Source of the DNA: Arenicellales bacterium
Lineage (GTDB): Bacteria; Pseudomonadota; Gammaproteobacteria; Arenicellales; Poriferihabitantaceae
Direction: 5' to 3'
NCBI GenBank assembly: GCA_963665165.1
Contig: OY761989.1
Span: 350,417-414,416, forward strand
Length of the DNA: 64,000 bases
Shown: in pieces, positions 45,936-59,030 of the stretch
Layout: every line of letters begins with the position of its first letter
Numbering within the stretch: the stretch's first letter is position 1
Position numbers and translations under genes: made by a program
Notes under the pieces: model-generated
What the model saw: only the letters and a program-made list of their open reading frames with translations
What the model was told of the DNA's origin: nothing
Databases searched by the model: none

Positions 45936-47285
45936 GTGACGACCCCACAGTTCTGGAATCCTTGCCTGCAAAAACTAAGGGAAGTCCTGTCCGATGAGGA
46001 TGTGGAAACCTGGCTAGCCCCGCTGCATGTATTTTATGACAGAAACACACTGAAATTACTGGCGCCCAATCGCTATGTTCTGAACCATGTGAAACTCAAT
46101 CTTTTCCCGGAGGTCGAGAAAGTGGTTATGAATATGGACGCGGGAGTCAATAATATCCGGCTGGAAATCGGGAGTTACGGCCTGGACAGCCCGTTCGACT
46201 CAAACGGCGGCGGCCAGGGTCAGGACCCGGCCCGGCGGCGCCCTGGTTCCGACACCCCGTATTCCAGCGGGACATTGAACCCCGACTTTGTCTTTTCCAC
46301 CCATATTGAAGGCAAGTCCAACGAATTGGCCAGGGCGGCGGCGCTCCAGGTGAGTCAGAACCCTGGCACTGCCTATAACCCCCTGTTTATTTACGGCGGT
46401 GTAGGACTGGGTAAAACCCATCTGATGCAGGCTGCGGGAAACATGATTCTCGAAAGGAAACCCGACGCAAAGGTGATTTATGTGCATTCGGAGTTGTTCG
46501 TGAACGACATGGTCAAGGCGGTAATGGACAACACAATGGCCAGATTCAAGGAATACTACCGCTCATTGGACGCGTTATTGATCGACGACATCCAGTTTTT
46601 TGCCGGGAAACAACAATCGCAGGAACAGTTTTTCCATACATTCAACTCTTTGCTCGGGGGCCAGCGGCAGATCATTATTACCAGTGACAGCATCCCAAAC
46701 GCGATCAATGGTATCGAAGCTCGCCTGATATCCCGGTTCAGCAGCGGCCTGATCATGGCTGTCGAACCTCCGGAACTTGAAACGCGGGTCGCCATTCTGG
46801 AAAAGAAAGCGCTGCTGAAAGGGATATCCCTGCCCAAAGAGGTCGCTTTTTTTGTAGCCCATAATGTCCACTCCAATGTCCGGGATCTGGAAGGCGCGCT
46901 GAACCGGATCATTGCCAGCGCCAGCTTTACCGGCCATCATATTGATCTGGAGATAGCCAGACAGGCGCTGTCGGATATCCTGATTTACCGCAAAAGCAAA
47001 ATAAATATCGAGAATATCCAGCAAGTGGTCGCGGCCCATTACAAGATACGGGTTTCGGACATGCTCTCAAAAAGACGCCACCAGTCAATATCGAGACCCC
47101 GTCAGTTGGCCATGGTCCTGACCAGGGAACTGACCAGCATGAGTCTGCCGGAAATTGGTGACCGTTTTGGCGGCCGGGACCACTCAACGGTACTCCATGC
47201 CTGTCGAAAAATACAAGAGCTGAGGAAAACCGATCTCAAGGTCCGGGAAGATTACCAGAATCTCCTGCAGTTGCTGGAACCCTAG
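45936..47285 (+). CDS. dnaA: Chromosomal replication initiator DnaA
   Basis: YNPLFIYGGVGLGKTHL, LLIDDIQF, NVRDLEGAL, GGRDHSTVLHA. Confidence 0.99.
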   Translation: MTTPQFWNPCLQKLREVLSDEDVETWLAPLHVFYDRNTLKLLAPNRYVLNHVKLNLFPEVEKVVMNMDAGVNNIRLEIGSYGLDSPFDSNGGGQGQDPARRRPGSDTPYSSGTLNPDFVFSTHIEGKSNELARAAALQVSQNPGTAYNPLFIYGGVGLGKTHLMQAAGNMILERKPDAKVIYVHSELFVNDMVKAVMDNTMARFKEYYRSLDALLIDDIQFFAGKQQSQEQFFHTFNSLLGGQRQIIITSDSIPNAINGIEARLISRFSSGLIMAVEPPELETRVAILEKKALLKGISLPKEVAFFVAHNVHSNVRDLEGALNRIIASASFTGHHIDLEIARQALSDILIYRKSKINIENIQQVVAAHYKIRVSDMLSKRRHQSISRPRQLAMVLTRELTSMSLPEIGDRFGGRDHSTVLHACRKIQELRKTDLKVREDYQNLLQLLEP

Positions 47286-47368
47286 CCGCGCCCCATACAG
47301 TCAGGGTGGTTTCGTCGTCCGGCGCGGGCTGGCGGGTTTCCGTGTTCGTTCCGAAACTGTACGGGGTT

Positions 47369-47578
47369 TGTGCATGAATATGTGGGGAATTCGTTGATAT
47401 CTGTTGTTCTCCTGTGTATGAAATTGTGGAAAAGACTTACCCACAATTTGTCAATTCGTTTTACAATACGCTTTCAACAGTTACCCACACAAAATCCTGG
47501 AAGCAAGTAGTTGAACCGCAACCGGTTTCTATATGATACTCACATCTCCACAGCGTTAATTATTAATATTATAAATAG
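47369..47578. other. Probable oriC (dnaA-dnaN spacer)
   Basis: DnaA-box-like 9-mers at 47369, 47381, 47413, 47425 (TGTGGAAAA), 47437 and 47481 (TTACCCACA), 47544, followed by TTAATTATTAATATTATAAATAG. Confidence 0.8.
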
Positions 47579-48715
47579 ATGAACTTCAGCATCCACAAAA
47601 ACAGATTGTTGCCGGTACTCACCCGGGTAAGCAGCGTCGTTGAAAGAAGGCAGACACTGCCTATATTGGGAAACCTGTTTTTCAGTCTGGTCGGCGGGAA
47701 ACTCACCCTGGTGGGAACGGATTTGGAAATGGAAATCTCGGAAACGATTGACGACGTCCAGGGAAAAGATTGTGAATTTACATTATCTTCCCGTAAGATC
47801 TCCGATATTGTACGCATCTTACCAGAAGATTCAGTTATCCTGATTGAGCTCGAAAAGGACCGGGCAATTGTTTCATCTGGCCGGATTCGATATACCCTGA
47901 ACACGCTGGATGCTGAATTTTTCCCCAGGATAACCGAAGGGAAGTGGGAGGAACGTTTCAAAATCAGCCAACTGGAATTGAAAACGATAATCGACAAAAC
48001 GGCGTTCGCCATGGGCGTTCAGGATGTTCGATATTACCTGAATGGATTGTCCGTGGATATGCAGGGAAATAATGTAAAAGCGCTGGCAGCGGATGGGCAT
48101 CGGCTGGCTCAAACCAGTACGGACGTCACACTGGCTTCCAACGAGGAAAGGCAGATCATTGTTCCCAGGAAGGCTGTGAGTGAAATTGCCCGTTTTCTGG
48201 ATGGGGAAGATGGAAGTGAACTTACCGTGGAGGTAAATAGCAACCATCTGAAAGTGACCTGGGGGAAATCCGCGCAACCGGAAAGTACCGGGCGTCCGGC
48301 GCCCGTTCTCATTACCAAACTGATAGACGGGAAAGTTCCGGAATACAAAAGCGTACTTGAAACCGAACTGAATCTTGTAATTCGGGTAAACCGGATCGAG
48401 TTCCTGGAAACCCTGACCCGCGCCGCGGTATTGACCACGGACCATGAAAAAGGGGTAAAAATCACCATGGAACAGAACAACATGCGGCTGGTCACCCGAA
48501 ATAACGAAAACGAGGAATCGGTAGAAGAGCTTGGAATTGATTACAATGGGGCGGTTTTTGAGGCTGGCTATAACATCAGCTATCTGATAGAACCGGCCAG
48601 GGCGGCCACTACAGAAGAACTTGAACTGCATTATCAGGGAAATGAAGGAATTTGTGTCATGAAACAGCCCGGAGATGATCGGTCCATTTGGCTGGTAATG
48701 CCAAGACGGCTTTAA
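47579..48715 (+). CDS. dnaN: DNA polymerase III beta clamp
   Basis: RQTLPILGN, GTDLE, QDVRYYLNG, DGHRLA, IVPRK, VMP. Confidence 0.96.
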   Translation: MNFSIHKNRLLPVLTRVSSVVERRQTLPILGNLFFSLVGGKLTLVGTDLEMEISETIDDVQGKDCEFTLSSRKISDIVRILPEDSVILIELEKDRAIVSSGRIRYTLNTLDAEFFPRITEGKWEERFKISQLELKTIIDKTAFAMGVQDVRYYLNGLSVDMQGNNVKALAADGHRLAQTSTDVTLASNEERQIIVPRKAVSEIARFLDGEDGSELTVEVNSNHLKVTWGKSAQPESTGRPAPVLITKLIDGKVPEYKSVLETELNLVIRVNRIEFLETLTRAAVLTTDHEKGVKITMEQNNMRLVTRNNENEESVEELGIDYNGAVFEAGYNISYLIEPARAATTEELELHYQGNEGICVMKQPGDDRSIWLVMPRRL

Positions 48716-48724
48716 CGGCAGAAA

Positions 48725-48740
48725 TGTTTCACGTGAAACA
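48725..48740. promoter_or_regulatory. parS site 1
   Basis: Perfect 16-bp palindrome TGTTTCACGTGAAACA. Confidence 0.92.
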
Positions 48741-48887
48741 TTCTGTAGCCACGTGATTCGGGAATATTCCTTATCTCCAAAAACCTCCCTTATGGATGCC
48801 CGTTTGAGGACTGGCCTCCAGGGCTTGAATTCGCGGCTAAACCCTTACTTTTTTTATCAGGGGTGACCGCAAGCCCGCAACCCCGAA

Positions 48888-48903
48888 CGTTTCACGTGAA
48901 ACA
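48888..48903. promoter_or_regulatory. parS site 2
   Basis: CGTTTCACGTGAAACA, one mismatch to the parS consensus. Confidence 0.85.
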
Positions 48904-48973
48904 TCCGGGTGCGATTCATTCGATTCAGAAAAAGTTCAAGTCTCGTTTGTGATAAAATCCGGGTTTTATGTGA

Positions 48974-51379
<2,406 letters not shown>

Positions 51380-51413
51380 TTTTCTCTTCGTCTCCTGTTC
51401 CGGACAGTGACCG

Positions 51414-52421
51414 TCAGCCCCGCAGGCGCTGGATTTTATCCATCAGGGATTGTGGAACCGCAACTCCCCGAGTTGTTGATATTTTGCGGTTTTTCACGCG
51501 GCGGTCGCCCGGTAACCGGGTTCCCGGCTGTTCAAGCAACGCTTCAAACAGCCGGTCAGCGTGAGTAAAGGGGTCTTCCGTATTGCCGAACCTGGAAGGA
51601 TCCATCGCAATCAACAGTTCCCCGCCGCGAGGCGGGCCGCCGTCCTTGTTGTCGGCCGCCGCCGCTTCGAAGCTGCAGCGCTCTCCGATCAAGGGCCCCA
51701 CCAGCAGTTCAATCATCAACGCGATGGATGCGCCCTTGTATCCGCCAAATGGCAACAGGGAACCCGCAAGAACCTGGTTCGGGTCGGTGGTCGGATTCCC
51801 GTCCTTGTCAATACCGACACCTGGCGGCAGTTCATGCCCTTCGCGTGCGGCAATCATCACTTCGCCCCGCGCCTGGGTTGCCGTAGCCTGGTCCCAGACC
51901 ATAGGCGGCTTGCCGGGCCGCGGCCAACCGAACGCCATCGGATTGGTCCCATAAAACGGCCGGGTTCCTCCGGCGGGCGCCACGGAAGGCGTGTAGGCGG
52001 TGAAGGCCAATGCTGCCAGGCCTTTTTCGGCCAGGGACTCGATTTCCACCCAAAGTGCGGCAAAGTGATGGATTCTGACCAGGGACAGCGCGGCGATGCC
52101 GTTCTGTCTGGCGCACTCCACCAGTGGGTCGCGCGCGGTTTTCAGCGCCAGCGGCGCATAGCCGTCATCCCCGTCGACACGCAATACGCCGACCGCCAGA
52201 TTTTGCGTTTTCGGCAACGCATGACCATTCACCTTACCGCTTTTCAGCGATGCGACGTATCCGGGAAGCCGGAACAACCCATGGGCGTGACAAAAATCCC
52301 GTTCCGCAGCGGTGATGGTGTCTGCCACGGCTTCCGCGTTTTCGTTGTTGCAGTTGTTTTCCCTGAGCGTATCAAAGGCAAGCTGATGAACCTGTTCGAG
52401 GGAAAGTGTCGTTGTGCTCAT
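51414..52421 (-). CDS. Ldh_2 family (malate/L-lactate/sulfolactate/DpkA-like) oxidoreductase
   Basis: HGLFRL, HHFAALW, GTNPMAF, FGGYKG, RLPG; ATG 52421 preferred. Confidence 0.88.
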   Translation of the reverse strand: MSTTTLSLEQVHQLAFDTLRENNCNNENAEAVADTITAAERDFCHAHGLFRLPGYVASLKSGKVNGHALPKTQNLAVGVLRVDGDDGYAPLALKTARDPLVECARQNGIAALSLVRIHHFAALWVEIESLAEKGLAALAFTAYTPSVAPAGGTRPFYGTNPMAFGWPRPGKPPMVWDQATATQARGEVMIAAREGHELPPGVGIDKDGNPTTDPNQVLAGSLLPFGGYKGASIALMIELLVGPLIGERCSFEAAAADNKDGGPPRGGELLIAMDPSRFGNTEDPFTHADRLFEALLEQPGTRLPGDRRVKNRKISTTRGVAVPQSLMDKIQRLRG

Positions 52422-52608
52422 TTTATGGCTCCATTTCTGTTGCAGGTGGTCTTTTGCATTACGCGGCGCGTGTTTCCTTCCATGAAAGCGATTGTGGGAT
52501 AAGGCGGTCCAATAATCAAATCTTTGAACCAACGGTTGTCAAGGTTGTAATCCCGGATATTCGCGGTATCATCCATGCGAATTCAATCATTCGGGTAACA
52601 GGTAGCTT

Positions 52609-54048
52609 ATGGCAATGGAAACACGGAATTACATCAACGGCCGATGGGTCGATGGGATTGACAGGATACCGGATGTGAATCCGTCAGATACCCGGGAGGT
52701 GGTCGGCGAGTTTGCCCAGGCCAGCGCCGCGCAGGTTGCGGAGGCAGTCGACGCGGCCCGCGGGGCGCAGGCTGTCTGGGCCGGCAGCGGACTGGAGCAG
52801 CGTTACAATGTGTTGATGGCGATAGGCCGGGCCCTGATGGACGGTTCCACGGAATTGGGTGAATTGCTGTGCCGGGAGGAGGGCAAGACCCTGCCCGAAG
52901 GAAAAGGGGAGGTCTATCGCGCCGGGCAGTTTTTCACATACTACGCGGCGCAAGTGTTGCGCCAGATGGGGGACATCTGTGACTCTGTCCGTCCCGGAGT
53001 GGAAGTTCTGGTGACCCGGGAGCCGGTTGGTGTAATCGGCGTGGTCACGCCCTGGAATTTTCCGATCGCGCTGCCCTGCTGGAAACTCGCGCCGGCTATT
53101 GCCTATGGAAATGGTGCAGTCTGGAAGCCGGCTAATCTGACGCCAGCCAGCGCGGTTGCGCTAATGGAGATCATTGCGGATCAGGACCTGCCCGACGGCC
53201 TGGTGAACATGGTGCTCGGCAGCGGTCGGTCGGTTGGCGAAGCGTTGATCGCCTCCAGCGGCATCGACGCCGTCACTTTCACCGGTTCGCTCGCGACCGG
53301 CCGGAGAATTGCGGCGGCGGCGGCAGTAAACCTGACCAAAGTGCAAATGGAGATGGGCAGTAAAAACCCCCTGGTTATCCTGGATGACGCAGATCTGGAT
53401 ATTGCGGTGGCGTGTGCGGTGAACGGGGCGTTCTTCAGTACCGGACAAAAATGCACGGCGTCATCCCGGATAATTGTCACCAAAGGAATTCATGATCGAT
53501 TCGTCGAAGCCATGCAAAAAGCCATGGGCGGCCTGGTCACCGGCCATGCACTGGATCAGAGGACTAATATTGGTCCAGTTGTGGACCAAGCCCAATTAGA
53601 CCAAAATCAGCGATACCTGGCGATTGGCGTACAAGAGGGCGCGGACCTGGTGTGCGGCGGGGAGCGTATTGAATTGTCCACCCCGGGGTACTATATGAAG
53701 CCGGCGCTGTTCATTAACGGGAACAACGCAATGCAAATCAACACAGAGGAAGTGTTTGGGCCGATCACCTGTGTGATCAGGGCAGATGATTATGACCACG
53801 CCCTGGACTTGGCCAATGATACCCGGTTCGGGCTGACTTCCAGCATCATCACCCGGTCTCTCTCCCATGCCAGTCATTTCCGGAAGCATTCGGCAACAGG
53901 CTGTGTCATGGTCAACCTGCCGACTTCGGGGACCGATTATCATGTCCCTTTCGGCGGCAGGAAAAACTCCAGCTTCGGGTCTCGCGAGCAGGGACAATAT
54001 GCCGCCGAATTTTATACACAGGTGAAAACCACCTACCTGAAAGCGTAA
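52609..54048 (+). CDS. Aldehyde dehydrogenase (alpha-ketoglutarate semialdehyde dehydrogenase-like)
   Basis: TPWNFP, FTGS, EMGSKNP, GQKCTA catalytic Cys, EEVFGP. Confidence 0.9.
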   Translation: MAMETRNYINGRWVDGIDRIPDVNPSDTREVVGEFAQASAAQVAEAVDAARGAQAVWAGSGLEQRYNVLMAIGRALMDGSTELGELLCREEGKTLPEGKGEVYRAGQFFTYYAAQVLRQMGDICDSVRPGVEVLVTREPVGVIGVVTPWNFPIALPCWKLAPAIAYGNGAVWKPANLTPASAVALMEIIADQDLPDGLVNMVLGSGRSVGEALIASSGIDAVTFTGSLATGRRIAAAAAVNLTKVQMEMGSKNPLVILDDADLDIAVACAVNGAFFSTGQKCTASSRIIVTKGIHDRFVEAMQKAMGGLVTGHALDQRTNIGPVVDQAQLDQNQRYLAIGVQEGADLVCGGERIELSTPGYYMKPALFINGNNAMQINTEEVFGPITCVIRADDYDHALDLANDTRFGLTSSIITRSLSHASHFRKHSATGCVMVNLPTSGTDYHVPFGGRKNSSFGSREQGQYAAEFYTQVKTTYLKA

Positions 54049-54052
54049 GGCC

Positions 54053-55027
54053 ATGTTGATTATCGACGGATTGCAGTATTCCAACTGGAGTCGAAAAATC
54101 TTCGAGCAGATGCGCGAAGGCGGTTTGAATTGTGTCCATGTCACGATTGCGTACCATGAGACCTGTGTTGAAACCCTGAGGAATATCGGCGAGTGGAACA
54201 GGCTGTTCGAGCGGCACGGTGATTTGATTGTCAAGGCGGATTGTGCGGAAGCCGTTCTGGATGCGAAAAAAAACAACCGCATGGCGGTTGTGTTCGGCTT
54301 CCAGAATTGCTCTCCGATCGAGGATGACTATCGACTGGTGGAAATTTTTCACACGCTCGGGGTGCGTTTCATGCAACTCAGTTATAACAATCAGAGCCTG
54401 CTCGCGACCGGCTGCTATGAACAGAACGACCCGGGGATCACCCGATTTGGCAGGCAGGTTATCCGGGAAATGAATCGTGTCGGCATGGTTGTAGACATGT
54501 CACACAGCGCCGAACGGTCCACTCTTGAGGCCATCGAAATTTCCGACCGCCCGATCGCCATTACCCATGCCAATCCGTCCTCTTTCGAGCCGGCCCTGCG
54601 CAACAAATCGGATACCGTGCTCAAGGCGCTCGGGCAGAGTGGGGGCATGCTCGGTTTCAGCCTGTATCCATTTCATTTGAAGGGGGGGCCGGATTGCACC
54701 TTGCGGGAGTTTTGCAACATGGTTGCCGACACCGCTTCGTTGATCGGTATTGACCACATCGGTATTGGTTCGGATTTATGCCAGGACCAGCCGGATTCAA
54801 TCGTGACCTGGATGCGAAACGGCCGCTGGAGCAAGGTCACCGACTATGGCGAGGGAACGGCCTCCAACGCCGGTTGGCCGGTGCAACCGGAATGGTTTGG
54901 CAACTCCACTCATTTTTCTAATATTATCCGTGGGTTGGAGCAAACCGGGTTGACCCGTGAGGAGATTGAAAAGGTAATGGGGCTGAACTGGCTGCGCTTT
55001 TTCCGCGAGTCGTTCACCGCCACCTGA
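54053..55027 (+). CDS. Membrane dipeptidase (M19)-like amidohydrolase
   Basis: QLSYN, DMSH, THANP, RNKSD, HIGIGSD, GLNWLR. Confidence 0.85.
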   Translation: MLIIDGLQYSNWSRKIFEQMREGGLNCVHVTIAYHETCVETLRNIGEWNRLFERHGDLIVKADCAEAVLDAKKNNRMAVVFGFQNCSPIEDDYRLVEIFHTLGVRFMQLSYNNQSLLATGCYEQNDPGITRFGRQVIREMNRVGMVVDMSHSAERSTLEAIEISDRPIAITHANPSSFEPALRNKSDTVLKALGQSGGMLGFSLYPFHLKGGPDCTLREFCNMVADTASLIGIDHIGIGSDLCQDQPDSIVTWMRNGRWSKVTDYGEGTASNAGWPVQPEWFGNSTHFSNIIRGLEQTGLTREEIEKVMGLNWLRFFRESFTAT

Positions 55028-55050
55028 AAAAACAGACCGGTTCACGGTGT

Positions 55051-55079
55051 TTGCATCTATCGTGAAATGCAAGTATAAC
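55051..55079 (+). promoter_or_regulatory. Putative sigma70 promoter of proS
   Basis: TTGCAT, 17 nt spacer, TATAAC. Confidence 0.5.
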
Positions 55080-55114
55080 CCCCGGACGACACCTGCCGTT
55101 CATTCGCAAAAGTC

Positions 55115-56827
55115 ATGCGCACCTCAAAACTATTACTGGCAACCCTGAAGGAAACACCGGCTGACGCAGAAGTCATATCCCACAAACTCATGTTGCGGGC
55201 CGGATTGATTCGCAGGACGGCGGCGGGAATTTACAGCTGGCTGCCGTTGGGGATGCGGGTACTGCGCAAGGTCGAGGCTATCGTGCGTGAGGAAATGGAT
55301 CGTTCGGGCGCCCAGCAGGTGCTGTTACCGGGCGTCCAGCCCGCGAAACTCTGGAACTTGTCCGGCCGATGGCAGGAATACGGCCCTGAATTATTGCGAT
55401 TGAAAGACCGTCATGGACGGGATTTTTGTCTTGGGCCAACCCATGAGGAAGTTATTACCGCACTGGTCAGGAACGAAATCCGCAGCTACCGTCAATTGCC
55501 AATGAACTTCTACCAGATACAGACCAAGTTCAGAGACGAGATCCGGCCCCGGTTCGGGGTCATGCGCGGACGTGAATTCATCATGAAGGATGCCTATTCC
55601 TTTCATACCGGCCAAGCTTCACTCCAGCAAACCTATGATGTCATGTACCAGACATATTGCGCAATTTTTGATCGTCTGGGGTTGCGTTACCGTGTTGTGG
55701 CCGCAGACTCGGGAAGTATTGGCGGCGATACTTCTCATGAATTTCATGTGCTGGCGGATTCGGGTGAAGACGCGATCGCTTTTTCCAGTAATGGCCGTTA
55801 CGCTGCAAATGTCGACCTGGCCGAAGCCGTGACCCACGGGGCGAAGCGCGGCCCCGCCAGGGAAGAAATGGAACTGGTCGAAACGCCCGATGTGAAAACG
55901 ATAGCCGACCTGGTTGAAAAATTCAATTTACCGATAGAGAAAACCATCAAGACACTGGTGGTTGAAGGGTCCGGCCAGTGCGAATCCCCGTTGGTTGCAT
56001 TACTGGTTCGGGGAGACCATGAGCTCAATCCGGTCAAGGCTGAAAAGCTCTGGCAGGTTGCCTCGCCGCTGAAAATGGCCGATAAAGAGGTGATACGGAA
56101 TGTTATCGGGGCGGGCCCCGGCTCGCTGGGACCAGTCAACCTGCCGATCCCGTTTATTGTTGACCGGAGTGTCGCTGAAATGTCTGACTTCGGCGCTGGA
56201 GCCAATATCGACGGCAAGCACTATTTCGGTATCAACTGGGACCGGGATGTCAAACCGGGTGAGGTGGCTGATATCCGGAATGTGGTGGAAGGCGATCCGA
56301 GTCCGGATGGTGATGGTACAATTACTATTGCCCGGGGGGTTGAGGTCGGTCACATTTTTCAACTGGGTACAAAATACAGCAAGGCGATGGGCGCCACGGT
56401 ACTTGATGAAACCGGCGGGATGGTTGAAATGGCAATGGGGTGTTATGGAATTGGCGTCACCCGCGTTGTTGCTGCTGCGATCGAACAGAATCACGATAAA
56501 AAGGGTATTATCTGGCCCGAATCGATTGCCCCCTTCCAGGTCGCCATCGTACCGGTCGGTATCAAAAAATCGGAGCGTATACGCGACACGGTCGATGCAC
56601 TGCATCGTGACTTACAGCAGGCCGGTCTTGAAGTGTTGCTGGATGACCGGGACGAAAGGCCCGGTGTGATGTTTGCCGATATGGAGTTGCTGGGCATCCC
56701 GCATCGTGTCACAGTAGGTCAGCGCGGCCTGGAGCGCGGAGTCGTCGAGTATCACCATCGGGCATCCGGCAGGGACGAAAATATCCCTGTCGAATCGCTG
56801 GTCAGCGTCCTGTCCGGGTTGAATTGA
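55115..56827 (+). CDS. proS: Proline-tRNA ligase with INS editing domain
   Basis: [40 protein letters not shown]. Confidence 0.98.
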   Translation: MRTSKLLLATLKETPADAEVISHKLMLRAGLIRRTAAGIYSWLPLGMRVLRKVEAIVREEMDRSGAQQVLLPGVQPAKLWNLSGRWQEYGPELLRLKDRHGRDFCLGPTHEEVITALVRNEIRSYRQLPMNFYQIQTKFRDEIRPRFGVMRGREFIMKDAYSFHTGQASLQQTYDVMYQTYCAIFDRLGLRYRVVAADSGSIGGDTSHEFHVLADSGEDAIAFSSNGRYAANVDLAEAVTHGAKRGPAREEMELVETPDVKTIADLVEKFNLPIEKTIKTLVVEGSGQCESPLVALLVRGDHELNPVKAEKLWQVASPLKMADKEVIRNVIGAGPGSLGPVNLPIPFIVDRSVAEMSDFGAGANIDGKHYFGINWDRDVKPGEVADIRNVVEGDPSPDGDGTITIARGVEVGHIFQLGTKYSKAMGATVLDETGGMVEMAMGCYGIGVTRVVAAAIEQNHDKKGIIWPESIAPFQVAIVPVGIKKSERIRDTVDALHRDLQQAGLEVLLDDRDERPGVMFADMELLGIPHRVTVGQRGLERGVVEYHHRASGRDENIPVESLVSVLSGLN

Positions 56828-57034
56828 CGATCCACTGTCTCCGGGCCCGCTTTAAATTGGATTAATCGGGATGTTAAAAAAACTTATTGCATTGTTTGTA
56901 AAGGTGCTACACTTCCGCCCGAATACGGTGATGAAATCGTTTGGATATCTTTCCGTATTGTTCGAAGACGGCTTTGTCGGAAAGTTGGCTTTTTCAGCCG
57001 CCAAGCGGCTCATTCATAGAAGTAAGAGGTTAGT

Positions 57035-57247
57035 ATGTCAGGTAATCTGGTAACCGGAACTGTAAAATGGTTTAACGATGCCAAGGGTTTTGGCTTTATC
57101 GAGAGAGAAGGGGAGACAGATGTTTTCGTTCATTATCGCGCAATCAATGGCGAAGGCAGGAAAACTTTGTACGATGGCCAGCAGGTAACGTTTGAAATAA
57201 CCAATGGGGAAAAAGGACCCCAGGCGGATAACGTTACCCCCGTTTAG
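57035..57247 (+). CDS. Cold-shock protein
   Basis: [13 protein letters not shown] (RNP1), DVFVHY (RNP2), KGPQA. Confidence 0.95.
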   Translation: MSGNLVTGTVKWFNDAKGFGFIEREGETDVFVHYRAINGEGRKTLYDGQQVTFEITNGEKGPQADNVTPV

Positions 57248-57403
57248 TTTCTGTGGCCCGGTTCGAGCGGGTCATGGACAAACCTCTGCGGTGAACCGGC
57301 CCGAGCGTTCGCCGTAAAACGATCACCTGAAGGAAGGCCTGTTCTCAGCCCGAACCGGATGGCGGAAGGATACGGCGTGTCTGACAAAATGACATTGTCG
57401 GGT

Positions 57404-58075
57404 TCATTTTCCCAAGGATCGCAAATACCGTCGCATGGCGCTGATTTCAAGTGGAGTGAGCGGATTTGACAGACCGATTTCCGGGGTACCCTTGACCCCC
57501 AGCCACATGCGTGCGATAAATTCATTTTCAGGCAGTCGTCTGGCCATGTCCACCAACCCATACGCCGGATTGGGGCTTGACGGGTTCGTGTTCGAGTGGC
57601 ATCCGTGACAATATTGCCGATATATTTTGCCAGCCTGATTTTCGTCATCAGGTCCTTCCCGATCGATCCGGAAAATTTGTAATGGCAACGGCGCCTGCTC
57701 TATCAGGGCTTTGATCCGGGTTTCAAACGATTCGAGTTTGTTGCCGGTAAAATCTGCCGTCAGTTGACGGATGCCGGCAATAAAATCCGGGCCGTTGGCG
57801 GCATGGCTTGTCCGGCCGGCTGGCTGGACATCCAGATATTGCCTGCAAATCACAGCCAGTGTGGATATCGCAACCCGGATCCGGTTTTCAAGGCCGATTT
57901 CCCCGGGGCTCTGGTTGTCGATTTCCCGGTACTGCCTCACATCGGACTGCAAAACCAGTAATTCCGCGGGACACGACAGGTTGTTGTTCAAATTTCGGGC
58001 AGGCTCTGCGGCTCCGACTCCGGTAGGAGCCGCAGAAACCAGAATCAGGCAAAGTGCCCGAATGGCATTATTCAA
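57404..58075 (-). CDS. Periplasmic monoheme c-type cytochrome
   Basis: Signal peptide; C-terminal YCHGCH heme motif; two additional Cys. Confidence 0.75.
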   Translation of the reverse strand: MNNAIRALCLILVSAAPTGVGAAEPARNLNNNLSCPAELLVLQSDVRQYREIDNQSPGEIGLENRIRVAISTLAVICRQYLDVQPAGRTSHAANGPDFIAGIRQLTADFTGNKLESFETRIKALIEQAPLPLQIFRIDREGPDDENQAGKIYRQYCHGCHSNTNPSSPNPAYGLVDMARRLPENEFIARMWLGVKGTPEIGLSNPLTPLEISAMRRYLRSLGK

Positions 58076-58997
58076 GTGTTACCTGTTGATAGATCGGCAG
58101 GCTTTCGTCAGCGCTCCATTCAACCATCGAACCGTCATACAAGGTCGCTTCCTTGTTGCCGATCAGTTCGTGGGAAACAAACCATCCCAGCGAGGCCCAG
58201 TGTCCGGTATTGCAGAAATTGATCTGTTTCCCGGCTGTTTCCAGACCGGCTGCGGCATACAGTTGCTTCAGGTCTTCAACACTGCGAAAGGAGCCGCCGC
58301 CGTTCGCGGTCGCCCAACTTTCGGGAAAGCTTTTGGCGGACGGAATGGTGCCGTTGCGCTTTGATCTGGGATGACGGTTGACGCCCAGAAACTGATGTGT
58401 GGGGCGAATGTCAACCAACGCGGTGGAGCCGTCATTTATCGCCATTTTCACATCCTCTTTGGTGGCAATCATCTCAGGGCGCAGTGAAACGGTAAATGTT
58501 TTGGGCTCGGGCTTGTTATTGCCTTTTTCAATTTCATTTTCCGGATTACTGGCGTAGCCGCGGTAACCCCCATTCAGGATAGACACCTGATCATGTCCCA
58601 GCACCTTGAAAGTCCAGTAGACCCGTGTGGCGCTGCCCATGTCCAGCGCATTCTTGCCATTATGGGAAATCACCACATGAGTATCATTGTCGATACCCAG
58701 GCCGCCGATGATTTTAGCCAGGTCATCCGGGTTGGAGAGTTGCCCCGGAACACCGCCGACCGCAGACCGCCAGCCATCTTTCAGATAATTGGTATGCACG
58801 GCACAAGGAATATGCCCCTTCAGATAATCGGTTTTCGAACTGCCATCCAGCGGATTCCGGATATCCAGCACGCGCACATTTCCATCGCACGAACGCGCCT
58901 TGACCCAGGCGGCGTCGACGATCGGCTCAGCCGCCAGGGCGGCCAGGCTGACACTCAACGCACCCGATAGCGTAATCATTTTTACAAGGTTTTTCAT
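58068..58997 (-). CDS. Periplasmic tandem-domain rhodanese/sulfurtransferase
   Basis: Signal peptide (ALAA), GHIP, LNGG, active-site loop CNTGHWAS, LYDGSMVEW. Confidence 0.9.
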   Translation of the reverse strand: MKNLVKMITLSGALSVSLAALAAEPIVDAAWVKARSCDGNVRVLDIRNPLDGSSKTDYLKGHIPCAVHTNYLKDGWRSAVGGVPGQLSNPDDLAKIIGGLGIDNDTHVVISHNGKNALDMGSATRVYWTFKVLGHDQVSILNGGYRGYASNPENEIEKGNNKPEPKTFTVSLRPEMIATKEDVKMAINDGSTALVDIRPTHQFLGVNRHPRSKRNGTIPSAKSFPESWATANGGGSFRSVEDLKQLYAAAGLETAGKQINFCNTGHWASLGWFVSHELIGNKEATLYDGSMVEWSADESLPIYQQVTLE

Positions 58998-59030
58998 TGT
59001 CTTCTCCTCATTGTTTGACAGGCTCTTGAT

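Noticed and set aside
57250..57400. CACCTGAAGGA...TCTCAG resembling glycine-riboswitch fragments
   Set aside because: Lies between convergent gene ends and lacks the GGAGA element and proper stems
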